A DNA stretch of 64,000 bases from Piromyces finnis finn (lineage: Eukaryota; Fungi; Neocallimastigomycota): positions 310,001 through 374,000 of the forward strand of contig MCFH01000052.1 of the NCBI GenBank assembly GCA_002104945.1, written 5' to 3'. This document shows positions 37,834-50,036 of the stretch, one piece after another. A model generated the notes under the pieces. The model saw nothing but the letters and a program-made list of their open reading frames with translations, did no database searches and was not told the origin of the DNA. Both the position numbers and the translations under genes were made by a program. Numbering within the stretch: position 1 is the stretch's first letter; each line of letters starts with the position of its first letter.

Positions 37834-38634
37834 TGATATAATATGATAATAATCTAAATTTTGAATTTTACTTCAAAAAGTGATTATTATATTATATCTT
37901 TTGTTATAACTATATAAGTTATATTGATTAAGATTTAAGATCGTTTTTATAAAAATTAATAAAATTGTTTTGTTAAAACACTAAATTGTTTTATTAGAAA
38001 CACTTGTTTTTCTAATATTTAAATATTTAAAATTTTATTTATTTAAGAATAAAAGTGATTATTAAAATTATAAAATATTAATCTAACTATATAATATTTC
38101 TTTATTAATAATAATAATAATAATTAAAATAAGAATATTTACATGTATTTATATTTTCTTTTAGATTTAAACTATTTACATTAAATTAATAACTATTTAC
38201 AATAAAAGTAATAAAAGTAATTAGAAATAACAATAAAAGAAATAATTAAAAGTTAAAGAATATAAAAAGTTGTTTATTTTACAATTAATTAAAGTAATAA
38301 TTATTTTTAATGTTTTAATAAAGGTGTTTAATTATATTATTTTATAACATGAATTATTATATTTGTTTACTTTTAAAGTGTAATTTACTAACGAAGTTAT
38401 TAAATATTTAATTTAACAATTAATTTAAAAGAGTTATATATTTTGATCTCGATTAATTAAAGTTTATTATTTTCTTTCAATAATCAAAATATATGCAGTA
38501 TTTAGGATTAATTTTATTTAAGAATTTTGGTAAAGTACTTAATTAAACTATAACTTGTTTTAAGTTGCTTTTAGGGTTAACTTAAAAATCAGGTTTAATA
38601 ATAATTTTATATTTATTAATTTCATTATTCATCA
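37834..38634 (-). mobile_element. Family X solo LTR
   Basis: TGATATAAT...ATTCATCA termini; homologous to the other X copies. Confidence 0.85.
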
Positions 38635-38636
38635 AC

Positions 38637-39577
38637 TGTAAGAAATATTAATTATTCATAATTGAATAATTATTATTTCTTATTATTTAATACAAATTTA
38701 TTTAAATTATTATTTTCTATACATTCAACTATTACTAATAATTTATTAAATTATTTAATATTTCATTCATTTAGTTAATACTTATGATTTACTTAAAATA
38801 TTAATTTTATATACACTTATATAAAATATAAAATTTATTTACTTGCTATATTCTTATATATTTAATTAACTTTATAAATTTATTTAATTATTAATTTTTA
38901 TGTACATTTAATTAATATAAATAATTTACTTACTTATTATTTATCTTATACATTTAATTTTGACTAACTATATTCATTACACTTATTGTTTTAAATTATG
39001 TATTAATTATATTTTATGTATTGTATTAAGCACGGATAAAATAGGAATCGGAATTTTAAGGTTTTCCCGATTTCGCTTTAAAGAAGCATTCGGTTTTACT
39101 TAAAATTACACGAAGATCAATATGACTAGAATATTGATCGAAAATCATGTTTAGGTTTTTCTTCTAGTCTTTTCCTAAACATTTTATTTGTTAAGATTAG
39201 AACCCGTTTATTTAACCTTATTTTTTAATAAAATTATAAATAAAACACTCTTGAAATTCCTTAGAAATTCAAGAGTTATTATTATAAAGGAATACGTTAT
39301 AATAAATAACATAAATACATTTTTCTTTTTAATTAAATAAAATATCCTTCTAATAAATCAGTAATTTAAATAAAAAAACTTACGACCCATTTGACTCTTT
39401 GTGTTTGGTTGTTTATTATAAATCTTTATAATAAACTCGATAAGTTTTATTTTTACTTTCTATTTTCTATTCTAATTTGTTCAATACTTCTTATTTCCGC
39501 ATAATAATACTACAATATTATTCGTTAATATTATTGTAGATAGTAATTTCTGTAAACAATAATAAGAAATTACTACA
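38637..39577. mobile_element. Family D solo LTR flanked by a 6-bp direct repeat ATCAAC
   Basis: TGTAAG...TACTACA termini; ATCAAC at 38631-38636 and 39578-39583. Confidence 0.82.
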
Positions 39578-40671
39578 ATCAACTGATGCGTTGACCGATA
39601 TATTTTTGAATAATATAATATTTTTAATAAATAATAAATTCTAATATTTATGATGAAACAATAAATTTAAAATAAAATAAAATATGTTTTATAATTAACA
39701 AATAAATCACTCAAAAACTCGAAAATAAACTCTTTTTATTATGTTTAAATTATCTCTTTATTATATTTATAATTTATTTATTGTCTATTTATTGTCCCCC
39801 CTTTATAAAGAAGAATTTTATCTTCCTTTTATACATTTTCATTTATTACATGTATTATTATTTTTAACTATTAAATGTTATTATTACTATTGTTATTATT
39901 TATTAAAATTAAAAGAATAAATTAAAATTATGTCTTAGTATTATAAAATATTATAGAATATTACTTATTTGATTTTCTTATTACTTCAAAATGTTTAAAT
40001 TTAGAAAAATTATTATAAATTATCATTGACTATCATTAAATGTATAATACCTTGAATAAAATAATTAAAATTTAAAATTAAAATAATATTAAAATAAAAT
40101 TAAAATGAAATTAAAATATTAAAAGTATCAATTATTATAAACACTCATTTTATACAGAAACATAAAAGAGTTCTGTATTTTATCTTTGAAATTGTTATTA
40201 TTGTTCTATTTCCAGGCTTTAAATTAATCACTTTTAGTAATAATTACTCAGTTATTTATTTGTTAATTTATATATATAAGTTTGAAAGAATTTCTAAAGA
40301 ACACTTGGATAAAACACTAGAATTAATAATTTAATGTATATCATTTTATTTTTTTAGTTTATTTATTCATTTTTATTTACTTATTATTATTTTATTATTT
40401 TAATACATTTTTGGATTGAGTTGTTTTATTTTATTTAATAATTTATTTTATTATTATCTCTATTAAGTCGTTTTTATTCATAATTTATTATTTAATAAAG
40501 AGAATACTATTTATTTAAAAGAAAGGGTTATATTTCCATAAAATTATTATTTATTCATTTTTAAGGGTTATTATCTTTTATTTTTATTATAAGTCGCTAT
40601 GGGTTAAGTCGTGTTTATTCGGCTAGTTTTTATTACGTTTTTATGTGAGTAGCGTATCAAGATCCCCCCAC

Positions 40672-43600
40672 TTAAGTTTGGACTTCGTCCCTGGAAGTCT
40701 CATTGTGCCAAGTATGATAATGAACTAAATTCTTTTGATGAACATTTCTTTCAGCTATTGCACCACTAATAGGGTCACATAATGTAGCAGTATTAAATTC
40801 CATTTTAATAATACGGAAAGGTCCCATGAAAAATGGATCTAACTTTCTTCTTGAAAAATTTCTAACAAGTACTAAATCACCAGCTGAGAATGCAGTATTC
40901 ATTGAAGCTTTTTGTTTTCTTCTATTTTCCCATAATTTATTAGCATTCTGAATATTTTTGGTAACTTCAATAATCCATTCCCAATGTGTAGTAAATTTAT
41001 TTATTAAATATTCTTCTGGAGTTTCGTATTCATTTTTATTATTATATTCTATCATAAGTTCAAATGGTTGAAGGTCAGTACGACCATATAATAATTCAAA
41101 ACTAGAAAATTTTGTTACTTCATTTTTACAAGTACGTAGAGCCCATAGAGCAGATGGTAGAACTTCGTCCCATTCTTTATTTGAGTTTCCTAGTAGTCGA
41201 ATATTTTTAACAATTTCTCTATTACGATTTTCTACTTGCCCATTTGTTTCTGGATGATAAGTGCTAGAATATTGAACATATATACCATATAAATCAAGGA
41301 AGCCTTTAGTAGCATCAGAAGTAAATTGTGGACCATTATCAGTAATTAATATTTCCGGAGTACCATGTCTAGAAAATACATTTGTAAGAAATTTTATAAC
41401 ATCCGTAGATTCAATTGACTTTAGTGGTTCAGCTTCAACCCATTTGGTAAAATAGTCTACAAGTACTATTATATATTTATTATTATTTTTAGTTATTGGT
41501 AGTGGTCCAATAATATCTAAACCAACTCTAGTGAATGGTAGACCTGGTTTTGTAGCAAATGATTCAGTACCACTATTAATAGGTTGAGGTCTCTTTAATT
41601 GACAATCATGGCAAGTTTTTACAAGTAGTTCTACATCTTTAGACATATTTTTCCAATAATAATTTTTCTTTAATCGGTTATAAGTTTTATAAAATCCTTC
41701 ATGACCTATTGAATGTGCAGCTAATAGTAATTCTATTTTCTCTTCTTTATCTTCGACAACTTTTCTGATATTGTCACCATCTTTATAGTACTTTATTCCA
41801 TTTATTAAGATAATTTTCTTTTTAAGAAAGTCTTTAATTTTATTACTTCCTGGATATTCATTAGAATTATTTTCACTGGTGGTACCAATAGATGTATCAG
41901 TTACTTCAGTTACAAGTACAGCTTCTAAGTCAGTATCATTATCTAATACTTCTTCTTTTTCATTTTCAAATGAAACGGAGGATATTTTTATTTTATTTTC
42001 TATATTAAAATAATTATTTTTATCAATATTAAAAATATTAGATGGTTCAAATGAATGAATTTTATTAAGATTATTATTATTGTGGATGTTAGAATTATAA
42101 TAGTTAGTTGTAGTATTTTCATTTAATTTAGGAAAATCATTTTTATTTATATCTATTTTATTATTTAAGTAGCAAGTGTTATTTAAGTCATTGATATCAC
42201 TATTCATTACTTCATTATAAACAATATCATTATTATATTCAGATAATTCATTTATTTCATTATTTTTAAAATAATTATTATTCTTGCTTTTATCAATATC
42301 ATTTTTAAAATTTATATTTATATTTTTACTCCCATGTGAATTATTATTAGTAGAGATATAATTATTTAAATCAACATTATTAAGTTTAGAATATTTAATT
42401 GAATTTACACTTTCATTAACACAAGAATTTTTATTAAGGTCAATATTTTTATCAATATAAGGATTAATATTGTTATTTTTATTTATTTCATTATCATTAA
42501 TACATGAATTATTAAAATTACAAGAATAAACTATATTTTCATTATTTTTAGAGTAAAAATCTTTATTTGAATTTAAAATATTATTTTTAGTAGTTTCACC
42601 ATCATTATTATTAAAGGTAGCTAGTGAAATTTTTATATCATTTTTATTGTCTGGTATTAGTCTAGATAATGCATCAGCGACTACATTTTTCTTTCCTTGT
42701 TCATATTTGACTTTTACCTTGAGCATACTAAGTGTAGTAACCCAGCGTGTTTGACGAGCATTATTTGGTTCTTTATTATTAAATAAGCCAACTAAAGGTT
42801 TATGGTCAGTATATAATATCGTTTCTTCTTTATTCCCACTTATATAAGATTTAAATTTCTTACAACAATAAAAAGCTGCGGTTCCTTCTAAGTCAGTTAT
42901 ACTATAATTAATTTCACTATCATTTAAAGACCTACTAACATAATGAATTGGATGTTCAACATTATTTTCATCTTTTTGAAGTAATACACCACCAATACCA
43001 TTAAGTGATGCATCAGTTCTTATAATAAAATATTTATCATAGTCAGGATATTTTAAAATAGGAGACTTAATCAGTCTTTCTTTTAGTATTTGGAAACTTT
43101 GTTCAGTTTCAGATGTCCATTCAAATTTCATACCCTTTTTTAATAATTTAAATAATGGATGAGCAATTTGGGCAAAATCTTTTATAAACTTCCTGTAATA
43201 TCCTATAGCTCCTAAAAATGATCTTAGCTGTGTAAGGTTTGTTGGTGACTTCCAATTTTTAATAGTTTCAATTTTCTTTTCAACTGGTTTGACACCTTCT
43301 ACTGATAGAATATGACCAAGGACCTCTACTTCTTGTTTTAAGAAATGACATTTAGAAAGATTTGCTTTTATACCATTTTCTTTTATTATATTAAAAACCT
43401 TTTGAAGATCTAATGTATGTTGTTCAAGACTTGGAGAAAATATTAAAAGGTCATCCATATAAACAAATAAACATTTTCCAATAAGTGGTAGAAATATACG
43501 GTTCATTTCTCTTTGAAAGGTTGCTGGAGCATTACATAAACCAAAAGGCATTACTTTGTAATTATAATTTCCAAATATTGTTGTAAAACATGTTTTATCA

Positions 43601-45384
43601 ATATCTTCTTTCTTCATTGGTATTTGATGAAAACCAGAGAATAAATCCAATGTAGATAAATATTTTACATTATTACCAATAGAAAATAATATTTCTTCAA
43701 TATATGGAAGTGGATATGAATCTTTTATTGTTATAGAATTTAATTTTCTATAATCTACACACATCCTCCATTTTCCATTCTTTTTTGGTACTAATAAAAC
43801 TGGAGAAGACCAAGATGATTGTGATGGTTCTATTAAATCATTCTTTAAAAGCTTTCCTATTTCTTCTTTTAGAATTTCCATATGTTCTTTATTAGAAATA
43901 CGATACATTTTCTGTTTAATAGGATCATCTTGATTTAATTTAATTTCATGAGCTAATAATTTTGATTTACCCAAATCATCAGTATCATTAGCTAGAACAT
44001 CTATATTAGTTATTAAAAGATTCTTCAGTTGGTCTTTTGCTTCTTTTTGTGTTTCATCAACTATTTTATTAATAAGTTGTAATTTAGAATCACTAGTAGT
44101 TTTAATTTCTAAATCTTGATATTTATCATTCTGACTAGTTAAGTAATATATTAATGCATCTTGATTAATTTCTTCATCAAATTCTTCTATTAAGTTAGTT
44201 TGATTCATTTCATTAATACTTTCAAAAGATCCAATTTTGTGAATATCATCAGTTTTCTGATATAAAGTATGATCAGAAAAGTCCATAATTAATTTCATAT
44301 TAGCTAAAGTTTCTACACCAATTAAGACCTGGAATATATCTTCTTTTTCAATAAGTCTAAATATTTCTTTAGATGTTATATTACCAATAGTAATTTCAAT
44401 TTCATATAGATGCGACTCAATAGTAGTATTGGAATAAGCTTGATATAAAGTTTCTCTAATTTTTGAAACTGGTTTTAATGGAATATTATTTTCTAATAAG
44501 AATTTTCTAGTAATCATATTTATAGATGAACAGGAATCCAAATATACAGTAGTTTCTATTCCTTCTATTTTGCATTTTGATTTCACAACTTTATCTTTTC
44601 TTATGGTGGAAAGAATTGTAGATTCATCCTCAATAATTTTAGTAAATTTTAATGCTTTTGAAAGTTCTGTTTTTAATTTAGGACTAATTTCAAGTAGTTG
44701 ACCTATTGTTATATTTGCAAATTTTTCTCCTATATCTTTAGTTATATTATATTTTTCTTGATCTGCTGATATAACTAATCTTTTTGTACCTTTTTCATTT
44801 GGTACATCTTTTTCTTTTTGACTTGGAAGTTCAATCTCTTTTGCTAATTCTATTATTTCCTTTTCTCGTTCTTTTTTATTATTTCGTTTAGCTTTATCTA
44901 TAGTGGGTTGATTAATGAATGAAGGATCTAATTGTTTTAATGCTTCTGTTGAATTAGTGTTATTATTAATATTATTATCATTAATGTTATTATCTATTTT
45001 ATTACTTTCATTATTATTTATATTAGTGTCATTATTCATACTCATATTATTATTAATATTATTATTATAATTATTATTAAGATTATTATTATTATTATTA
45101 TTTTCATTTTCAATTACAGTCTCCATTTCTACTTCATTATTTGGAACTTCAATTATATCTTCATAAGTATTATTTAATGGTTCTCTAGTCTCATTACTTG
45201 GAACTCTAATTGGTTGTGGATTGTCACTTAATTTTTCTTTGGTAGTTCTTTTATATGGTTTAATATCAGTATTCTTTTTAGCTTTTCTTATTACTGGAAT
45301 AGTAATTTCTTCATTTACTGGTACTGATATTGTAGCAAAAGTAGTATTGGTTTGATTTATGGGAGTATTCCTTCTCCCACTCAT
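40672..45384 (-). CDS. Pol of element B, 1570 aa (PR-RT-RH-Asn-rich linker-IN; no chromodomain); probably expressed by -1 frameshift
   Basis: VYLDSCS, MCVDYRKLN, YMDD, RTDAS, H-x3-H...C-x2-C, LDIIG/TDNGPQF/VENRN, MGPFRI motifs. Confidence 0.96.
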   Translation of the reverse strand: MSGRRNTPINQTNTTFATISVPVNEEITIPVIRKAKKNTDIKPYKRTTKEKLSDNPQPIRVPSNETREPLNNTYEDIIEVPNNEVEMETVIENENNNNNNNLNNNYNNNINNNMSMNNDTNINNNESNKIDNNINDNNINNNTNSTEALKQLDPSFINQPTIDKAKRNNKKEREKEIIELAKEIELPSQKEKDVPNEKGTKRLVISADQEKYNITKDIGEKFANITIGQLLEISPKLKTELSKALKFTKIIEDESTILSTIRKDKVVKSKCKIEGIETTVYLDSCSSINMITRKFLLENNIPLKPVSKIRETLYQAYSNTTIESHLYEIEITIGNITSKEIFRLIEKEDIFQVLIGVETLANMKLIMDFSDHTLYQKTDDIHKIGSFESINEMNQTNLIEEFDEEINQDALIYYLTSQNDKYQDLEIKTTSDSKLQLINKIVDETQKEAKDQLKNLLITNIDVLANDTDDLGKSKLLAHEIKLNQDDPIKQKMYRISNKEHMEILKEEIGKLLKNDLIEPSQSSWSSPVLLVPKKNGKWRMCVDYRKLNSITIKDSYPLPYIEEILFSIGNNVKYLSTLDLFSGFHQIPMKKEDIDKTCFTTIFGNYNYKVMPFGLCNAPATFQREMNRIFLPLIGKCLFVYMDDLLIFSPSLEQHTLDLQKVFNIIKENGIKANLSKCHFLKQEVEVLGHILSVEGVKPVEKKIETIKNWKSPTNLTQLRSFLGAIGYYRKFIKDFAQIAHPLFKLLKKGMKFEWTSETEQSFQILKERLIKSPILKYPDYDKYFIIRTDASLNGIGGVLLQKDENNVEHPIHYVSRSLNDSEINYSITDLEGTAAFYCCKKFKSYISGNKEETILYTDHKPLVGLFNNKEPNNARQTRWVTTLSMLKVKVKYEQGKKNVVADALSRLIPDNKNDIKISLATFNNNDGETTKNNILNSNKDFYSKNNENIVYSCNFNNSCINDNEINKNNNINPYIDKNIDLNKNSCVNESVNSIKYSKLNNVDLNNYISTNNNSHGSKNININFKNDIDKSKNNNYFKNNEINELSEYNNDIVYNEVMNSDINDLNNTCYLNNKIDINKNDFPKLNENTTTNYYNSNIHNNNNLNKIHSFEPSNIFNIDKNNYFNIENKIKISSVSFENEKEEVLDNDTDLEAVLVTEVTDTSIGTTSENNSNEYPGSNKIKDFLKKKIILINGIKYYKDGDNIRKVVEDKEEKIELLLAAHSIGHEGFYKTYNRLKKNYYWKNMSKDVELLVKTCHDCQLKRPQPINSGTESFATKPGLPFTRVGLDIIGPLPITKNNNKYIIVLVDYFTKWVEAEPLKSIESTDVIKFLTNVFSRHGTPEILITDNGPQFTSDATKGFLDLYGIYVQYSSTYHPETNGQVENRNREIVKNIRLLGNSNKEWDEVLPSALWALRTCKNEVTKFSSFELLYGRTDLQPFELMIEYNNKNEYETPEEYLINKFTTHWEWIIEVTKNIQNANKLWENRRKQKASMNTAFSAGDLVLVRNFSRRKLDPFFMGPFRIIKMEFNTATLCDPISGAIAERNVHQKNLVHYHTWHNETSRDEVQT

Positions 45385-45393
45385 AAGTTTAAA
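45359..45393 (-). promoter_or_regulatory. Predicted -1 ribosomal frameshift signal of B
   Basis: U_UUA_AAC in the gag frame, 7-nt spacer, TGGGAG/CTCCCA hairpin. Confidence 0.75.
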
Positions 45394-46604
45394 TGATTTT
45401 GATTAGAGTTTATAAGGCCTTGTTTTTCCATTTCTGCAAGTTCTTGGAATGTATATTTGCAATCTTGCATTTTGTGGCCTACTTGTTGACATCTAAAACA
45501 TTTATTTCTTTGAGACTGGTTAAACATATTCACTTGACTTTGAGATGTAGTTTGATTAACTTTATTAGTAGTAGTATTCATTTTATTAGCATTAACATTA
45601 TTAGAATAATTAGTGGAATTTTGATATGATTTATTTTCTTCCATATTGGAATAATTATTGTTATTAAATGTACTAGAATTATAAGGGTATTTACTATAAC
45701 CATTATTATATGCATTTTGATCACCTTGATAGTTGTTATAATTATTGTTATAATTATTATTATAATTGTTACTATAACTATTATTTTTAGTATTGAAATT
45801 ATTTGGGTAATTATTTCTGTAATTATTTCTCTTATTAAAACGTTGATTTCTCATATTATAGTTTCCATTGAATCGCATATTATAATTATTATAATTATTA
45901 TTATTATCATAATTATTATTATAGTTATTATTGTAGTATCCATTATAAGTATATGGACTATCATTATTATTAAAATAATTATAATTAGTTCCACCACTAT
46001 GTTGAGTAAATAGATTATAATTTTGGTTTTGATATGGATCAAAGTAAGGTTGGTTATCAGTAAACATATTTACATTATGATACTGAGGAACTTCAGTTGC
46101 TGATTCAGCTAATTCGGCAACCTTAAAAGCGGCTTCTATATCTTTAGGTTGGGCAGTGATTACTTGAGTTCTGATAAAAGGACGAGAAATAATGGAATTA
46201 GTATAATCCTTAACAGTAACGAATAGTTGGGATCCAACATTAAGATTTTTATATAAGTTTCCGTATCTCCAGTTGAAATCCTTAATACTTTCTCCTCTTC
46301 TAATTTTTAGAGACTTAACATTGAAGCATTTTTCTTGAGGCGTGATTTCTAAGTATTCTTCAATAGCCTCTTTAATATCTTCGATACTAGGATAATTTGT
46401 TCCAGTATCACTTTCTGTTTTTAAGTCATCAATGATTCCTTTTAATCTACCTTGGACACATTCCTTTGCCCAAGCGAATATCTTTTTGGGATCATTGATG
46501 TCAGATAGGTCCATAACTCTGCTGAATTCTTCAGCCCAGCTTTCGATATCCCTATCTTGACTACCAATTCTAGGTAGCATTTTAGTGATTTCACTGATCT
46601 TCAT
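45381..46604 (-). CDS. Gag of element B, 407 aa, with CCHC zinc knuckle
   Basis: CFRCQQVGHKMQDC; similar to the Gags of G and H. Confidence 0.93.
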   Translation of the reverse strand: MKISEITKMLPRIGSQDRDIESWAEEFSRVMDLSDINDPKKIFAWAKECVQGRLKGIIDDLKTESDTGTNYPSIEDIKEAIEEYLEITPQEKCFNVKSLKIRRGESIKDFNWRYGNLYKNLNVGSQLFVTVKDYTNSIISRPFIRTQVITAQPKDIEAAFKVAELAESATEVPQYHNVNMFTDNQPYFDPYQNQNYNLFTQHSGGTNYNYFNNNDSPYTYNGYYNNNYNNNYDNNNNYNNYNMRFNGNYNMRNQRFNKRNNYRNNYPNNFNTKNNSYSNNYNNNYNNNYNNYQGDQNAYNNGYSKYPYNSSTFNNNNYSNMEENKSYQNSTNYSNNVNANKMNTTTNKVNQTTSQSQVNMFNQSQRNKCFRCQQVGHKMQDCKYTFQELAEMEKQGLINSNQNHLNL

Positions 46605-46838
46605 TTTTGTATATATAAATTTCTTATAAGGTAAAATAATTAAAATAAAAGAATAATTTAATTTGAAATAAATGATAATAAAGAAAATAATTGGAATTTA
46701 TATATTATATATATATATATGTGTTTTGAACTTTAATAATATAATAATATTAATAATATTTATAAAATTAAAAATGAAAAGAATTGAATATATAAATAAT
46801 TGATAAATTGATAAAGTATAAAATAATATAAAATTTAT

Positions 46839-46875
<37 letters not shown>

Positions 46876-48083
46876 AAAAAAAATTAAAGAAAATTATTTA
46901 GAAATTGAGAAGTATATTAAAGAAAAATAAAAGAATAAAAAATAAGTAATACAACAGAAATCTATATATATATTGTATAAATTATATATATTATATGGAT
47001 TATATAAATTATAAAAATTATATAAATAATGAAATTTAATATTGAATGAGATCAGATCGGAGAAGTATTTTATAGAAAGTATATTATATTATTATTATTA
47101 GTCAGGAATAATAGAAGCTTTACGGAATAATATCTAATTATAAATTTAAATGCAATTTATTAACTCTCAATTTTAAATGATCAAGGAAGAATGAAAGAAT
47201 AATTTTTTTTTTTTTTTTTTTTTTTTTGCAATTAGGAATTTATAAGAATATGTATATTTTTTTTTTATTTAATTTAATTATAATAGTTTATATATATTGT
47301 TACAATTATTTATTTATTTTTAGGCACCCGAGGCACAGTGACTATAAAGACTTTCGGATCCCTACTAAACCCCCACCTTTAAATGATAAATTTTCACTTC
47401 CAAAGTTCTGCTCCTTACTCAGGATTTTCAGCCGAACTTGCTACTCTCTTACTTGAGAATCAAATAAAGGCTGTCTAGTATACCTACTCCCTCTTGCTGA
47501 GTGTGTACCCGCCTTACTCTCTAAATAATAATTGCTTTAATTATTGCTATATTTCGAACTCAGTCTATTATATAACAACAACCAATATATACTTACTATT
47601 TTTTTTTTGTTATAATTTAAATTAAAAAATTTTTAGTCAATAATTAAGAATATTGAAATAAATTATTCGCTTAATATGTAGGTAGCCTTAAGCTAAGAAG
47701 TTTTTCATTCAACAGCCGCCTCTACGAATAAGCACTGGTGAATTAATTTATTCTCTTAATTAAGAAATAAAAATTGTATATTTAATTCAAATTATGATCT
47801 TATTATTAACTGCTGAGAAGGATTAACTTTTTTCCTAGTTTTTACTATCACACTGATCCCCTGGATAGATCAGAAATATAACAAACTAACTGAATGGATT
47901 AAGTTATCCTTATTAATAATAAGAACGGTAACGATTATAGGAATTATAGAAATTTTCTTCCTTGTGTAACGTATATGACTAACTATTAATCACTTAATCT
48001 TTAATTTCTTAAATACCCTTTTTAGAAATATTAAAATTTTTATAATTTTAAAATTATATATATTTCCTTTTATATATATAATT

Positions 48084-48135
<52 letters not shown>

Positions 48136-49367
48136 AGAAGAATATATAATAAAATTAAATTAAGTGTAAACTGTTTTTTTATAAACGCTTAATATCTTAG
48201 AATTTATTAGTATTATTATTAATATTATTCTTTTTCATATCTTTGGTCACGCCCGGATTCTCCACCAAAATTTTATGATGCGTTGACCGATATATTTTTG
48301 AATAATATAATATTTTTAATAAATAATAAATTCTAATATTTATGATGAAACAATAAATTTAAAATAAAATAAAATATGTTTTATAATTAACAAATAAATC
48401 ACTCAAAAACTCGAAAATAAACTCTTTTTATTATGTTTAAATTATCTCTTTATTATATTTATAATTTATTTATTGTCTATTTATTGTCCGCCCTTTATAA
48501 AGAAGAATTTTATCTTCCTTTTATACATTTTCATTTATTACATGTATTATTATTTTTAACTATTAAATGTTATTATTACTATTGTTATTATTTATTAAAA
48601 TTAAAAGAATAAATTAAAATTATGTCTTAGTATTATAAAATATTATAGAATATTACTTATTTGATTTTCTTATTACTTCAAAATGTTTAAATTTAGAAAA
48701 ATTATTATAAATTATCATTGACTATCATTAAATGTATAATACCTTGAATAAAATAATTAAAATTTAAAATTAAAATAATATTAAAATAAAATTAAAATGA
48801 AATTAAAATATTAAAAGTATCAATTATTATAAACACTCATTTTATACAGAAACATAAAAGAGTTCTGTATTTTATCTTTGAAATTGTTATTATTGTTCTA
48901 TTTCCAGGCTTTAAATTAATCACTTTTAGTAATAATTACTCAGTTATTTATTTGTTAATTTATATATATAAGTTTGAAAGAATTTCTAAAGAACACTTGG
49001 ATAAAACACTAGAATTAATAATTTAATGTATATCATTTTATTTTTTTAGTTTATTTATTCATTTTTATTTACTTATTATTATTTTATTATTTTAATACAT
49101 TTTTGGATTGAGTTGTTTTATTTTATTTAATAATTTATTTTATTATTATCTCTATTAAGTCGTTTTTATTCATAATTTATTATTTAATAAAGAGAATACT
49201 ATTTATTTAAAAGAAAGGGTTATATTTCCATAAAATTATTATTTATTCATTTTTAAGGGTTATTATCTTTTATTTTTATTATAAGTCGCTATGGGTTAAG
49301 TCGTGTTTATTCGGCTAGTTTTTATTACGTTTTTATGTGAGTAGCGTATCACAACGAATATGAAGAA

Positions 49368-49439
49368 AGCAGCGTAGCGCAGTGGAAGCGTGGTGGGCTC
49401 ATAACCCACAGGTCGTATGATCGAAACATACCGCTGCTA
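49368..49439 (+). tRNA. Initiator tRNA-Met(CAT)
   Basis: A1:T72 acceptor AGCAGCG/CGCTGCT; anticodon arm GTGGG-CTCATAA-CCCAC; GATCGAAA T-loop typical of eukaryotic initiators. Confidence 0.97.
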
Positions 49440-50005
49440 AAATGAACTTTTAAAATTAGTTTTGTTTTTTTACTTTTGGGAAAAGTTAATAAAAAGAACG
49501 TATTTATCTCTCCATGACTATAACTAATTATAAAATTATATATTTCTTAATTTTCATAATTTCCTTATTTTATATATCATTTGAAATTGTTTCTAACAAA
49601 GGGTTATCTATATACTATAATAAAAAATAATTTCAAAATTTTATTTACTTTTTGGTTATAAACAGTACATTTCTTTACAACAATATGTATACATTATTTA
49701 CTTTTCTTCATAAAATACATTTTAATTTTTTTTAATTTTTTTTTCATATCAACAAAATTGCTTTATTTAGTGGATTTATCAAACAAATTTTTTCTAATTA
49801 AAAAAAAAATTAATAAAATATTTTATAAATATAAAAAAAAAAGAATATAATAAATGGTTTCAATTTATAATAAAGATTGAAAAAAAAGGTTGAAAGAATA
49901 ATAAAAATTATTATTCAGTAATAAAAATCAATTAAATATTTAATTATTTTTTTATAATAATAAATATAATAATAACAAATAGTTAATAATTAGAGTAGTA
50001 GTAAC

Positions 50006-50036
<31 letters not shown>

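Larger units (their letters stand above)
39584..49351 (-). mobile_element. Full-length Ty3/Gypsy element B, ending 16 bp upstream of tRNA-iMet
   Basis: 1076-bp LTRs at 39584-40659 and 48276-49351, one substitution noticed (39798 C vs 48490 G); TSD CAAC; tRNA-Ala PBS at 48249-48267; PPT AAGTGGGGGG at 40664-40673. Confidence 0.97.

Noticed and set aside
45381-45384. Termination-reinitiation at the ATGA overlap as the way B pol is made
   Set aside because: Not excluded, but the homologous H junction lacks the ATG while keeping the slippery heptamer and hairpin, favouring -1 frameshifting.
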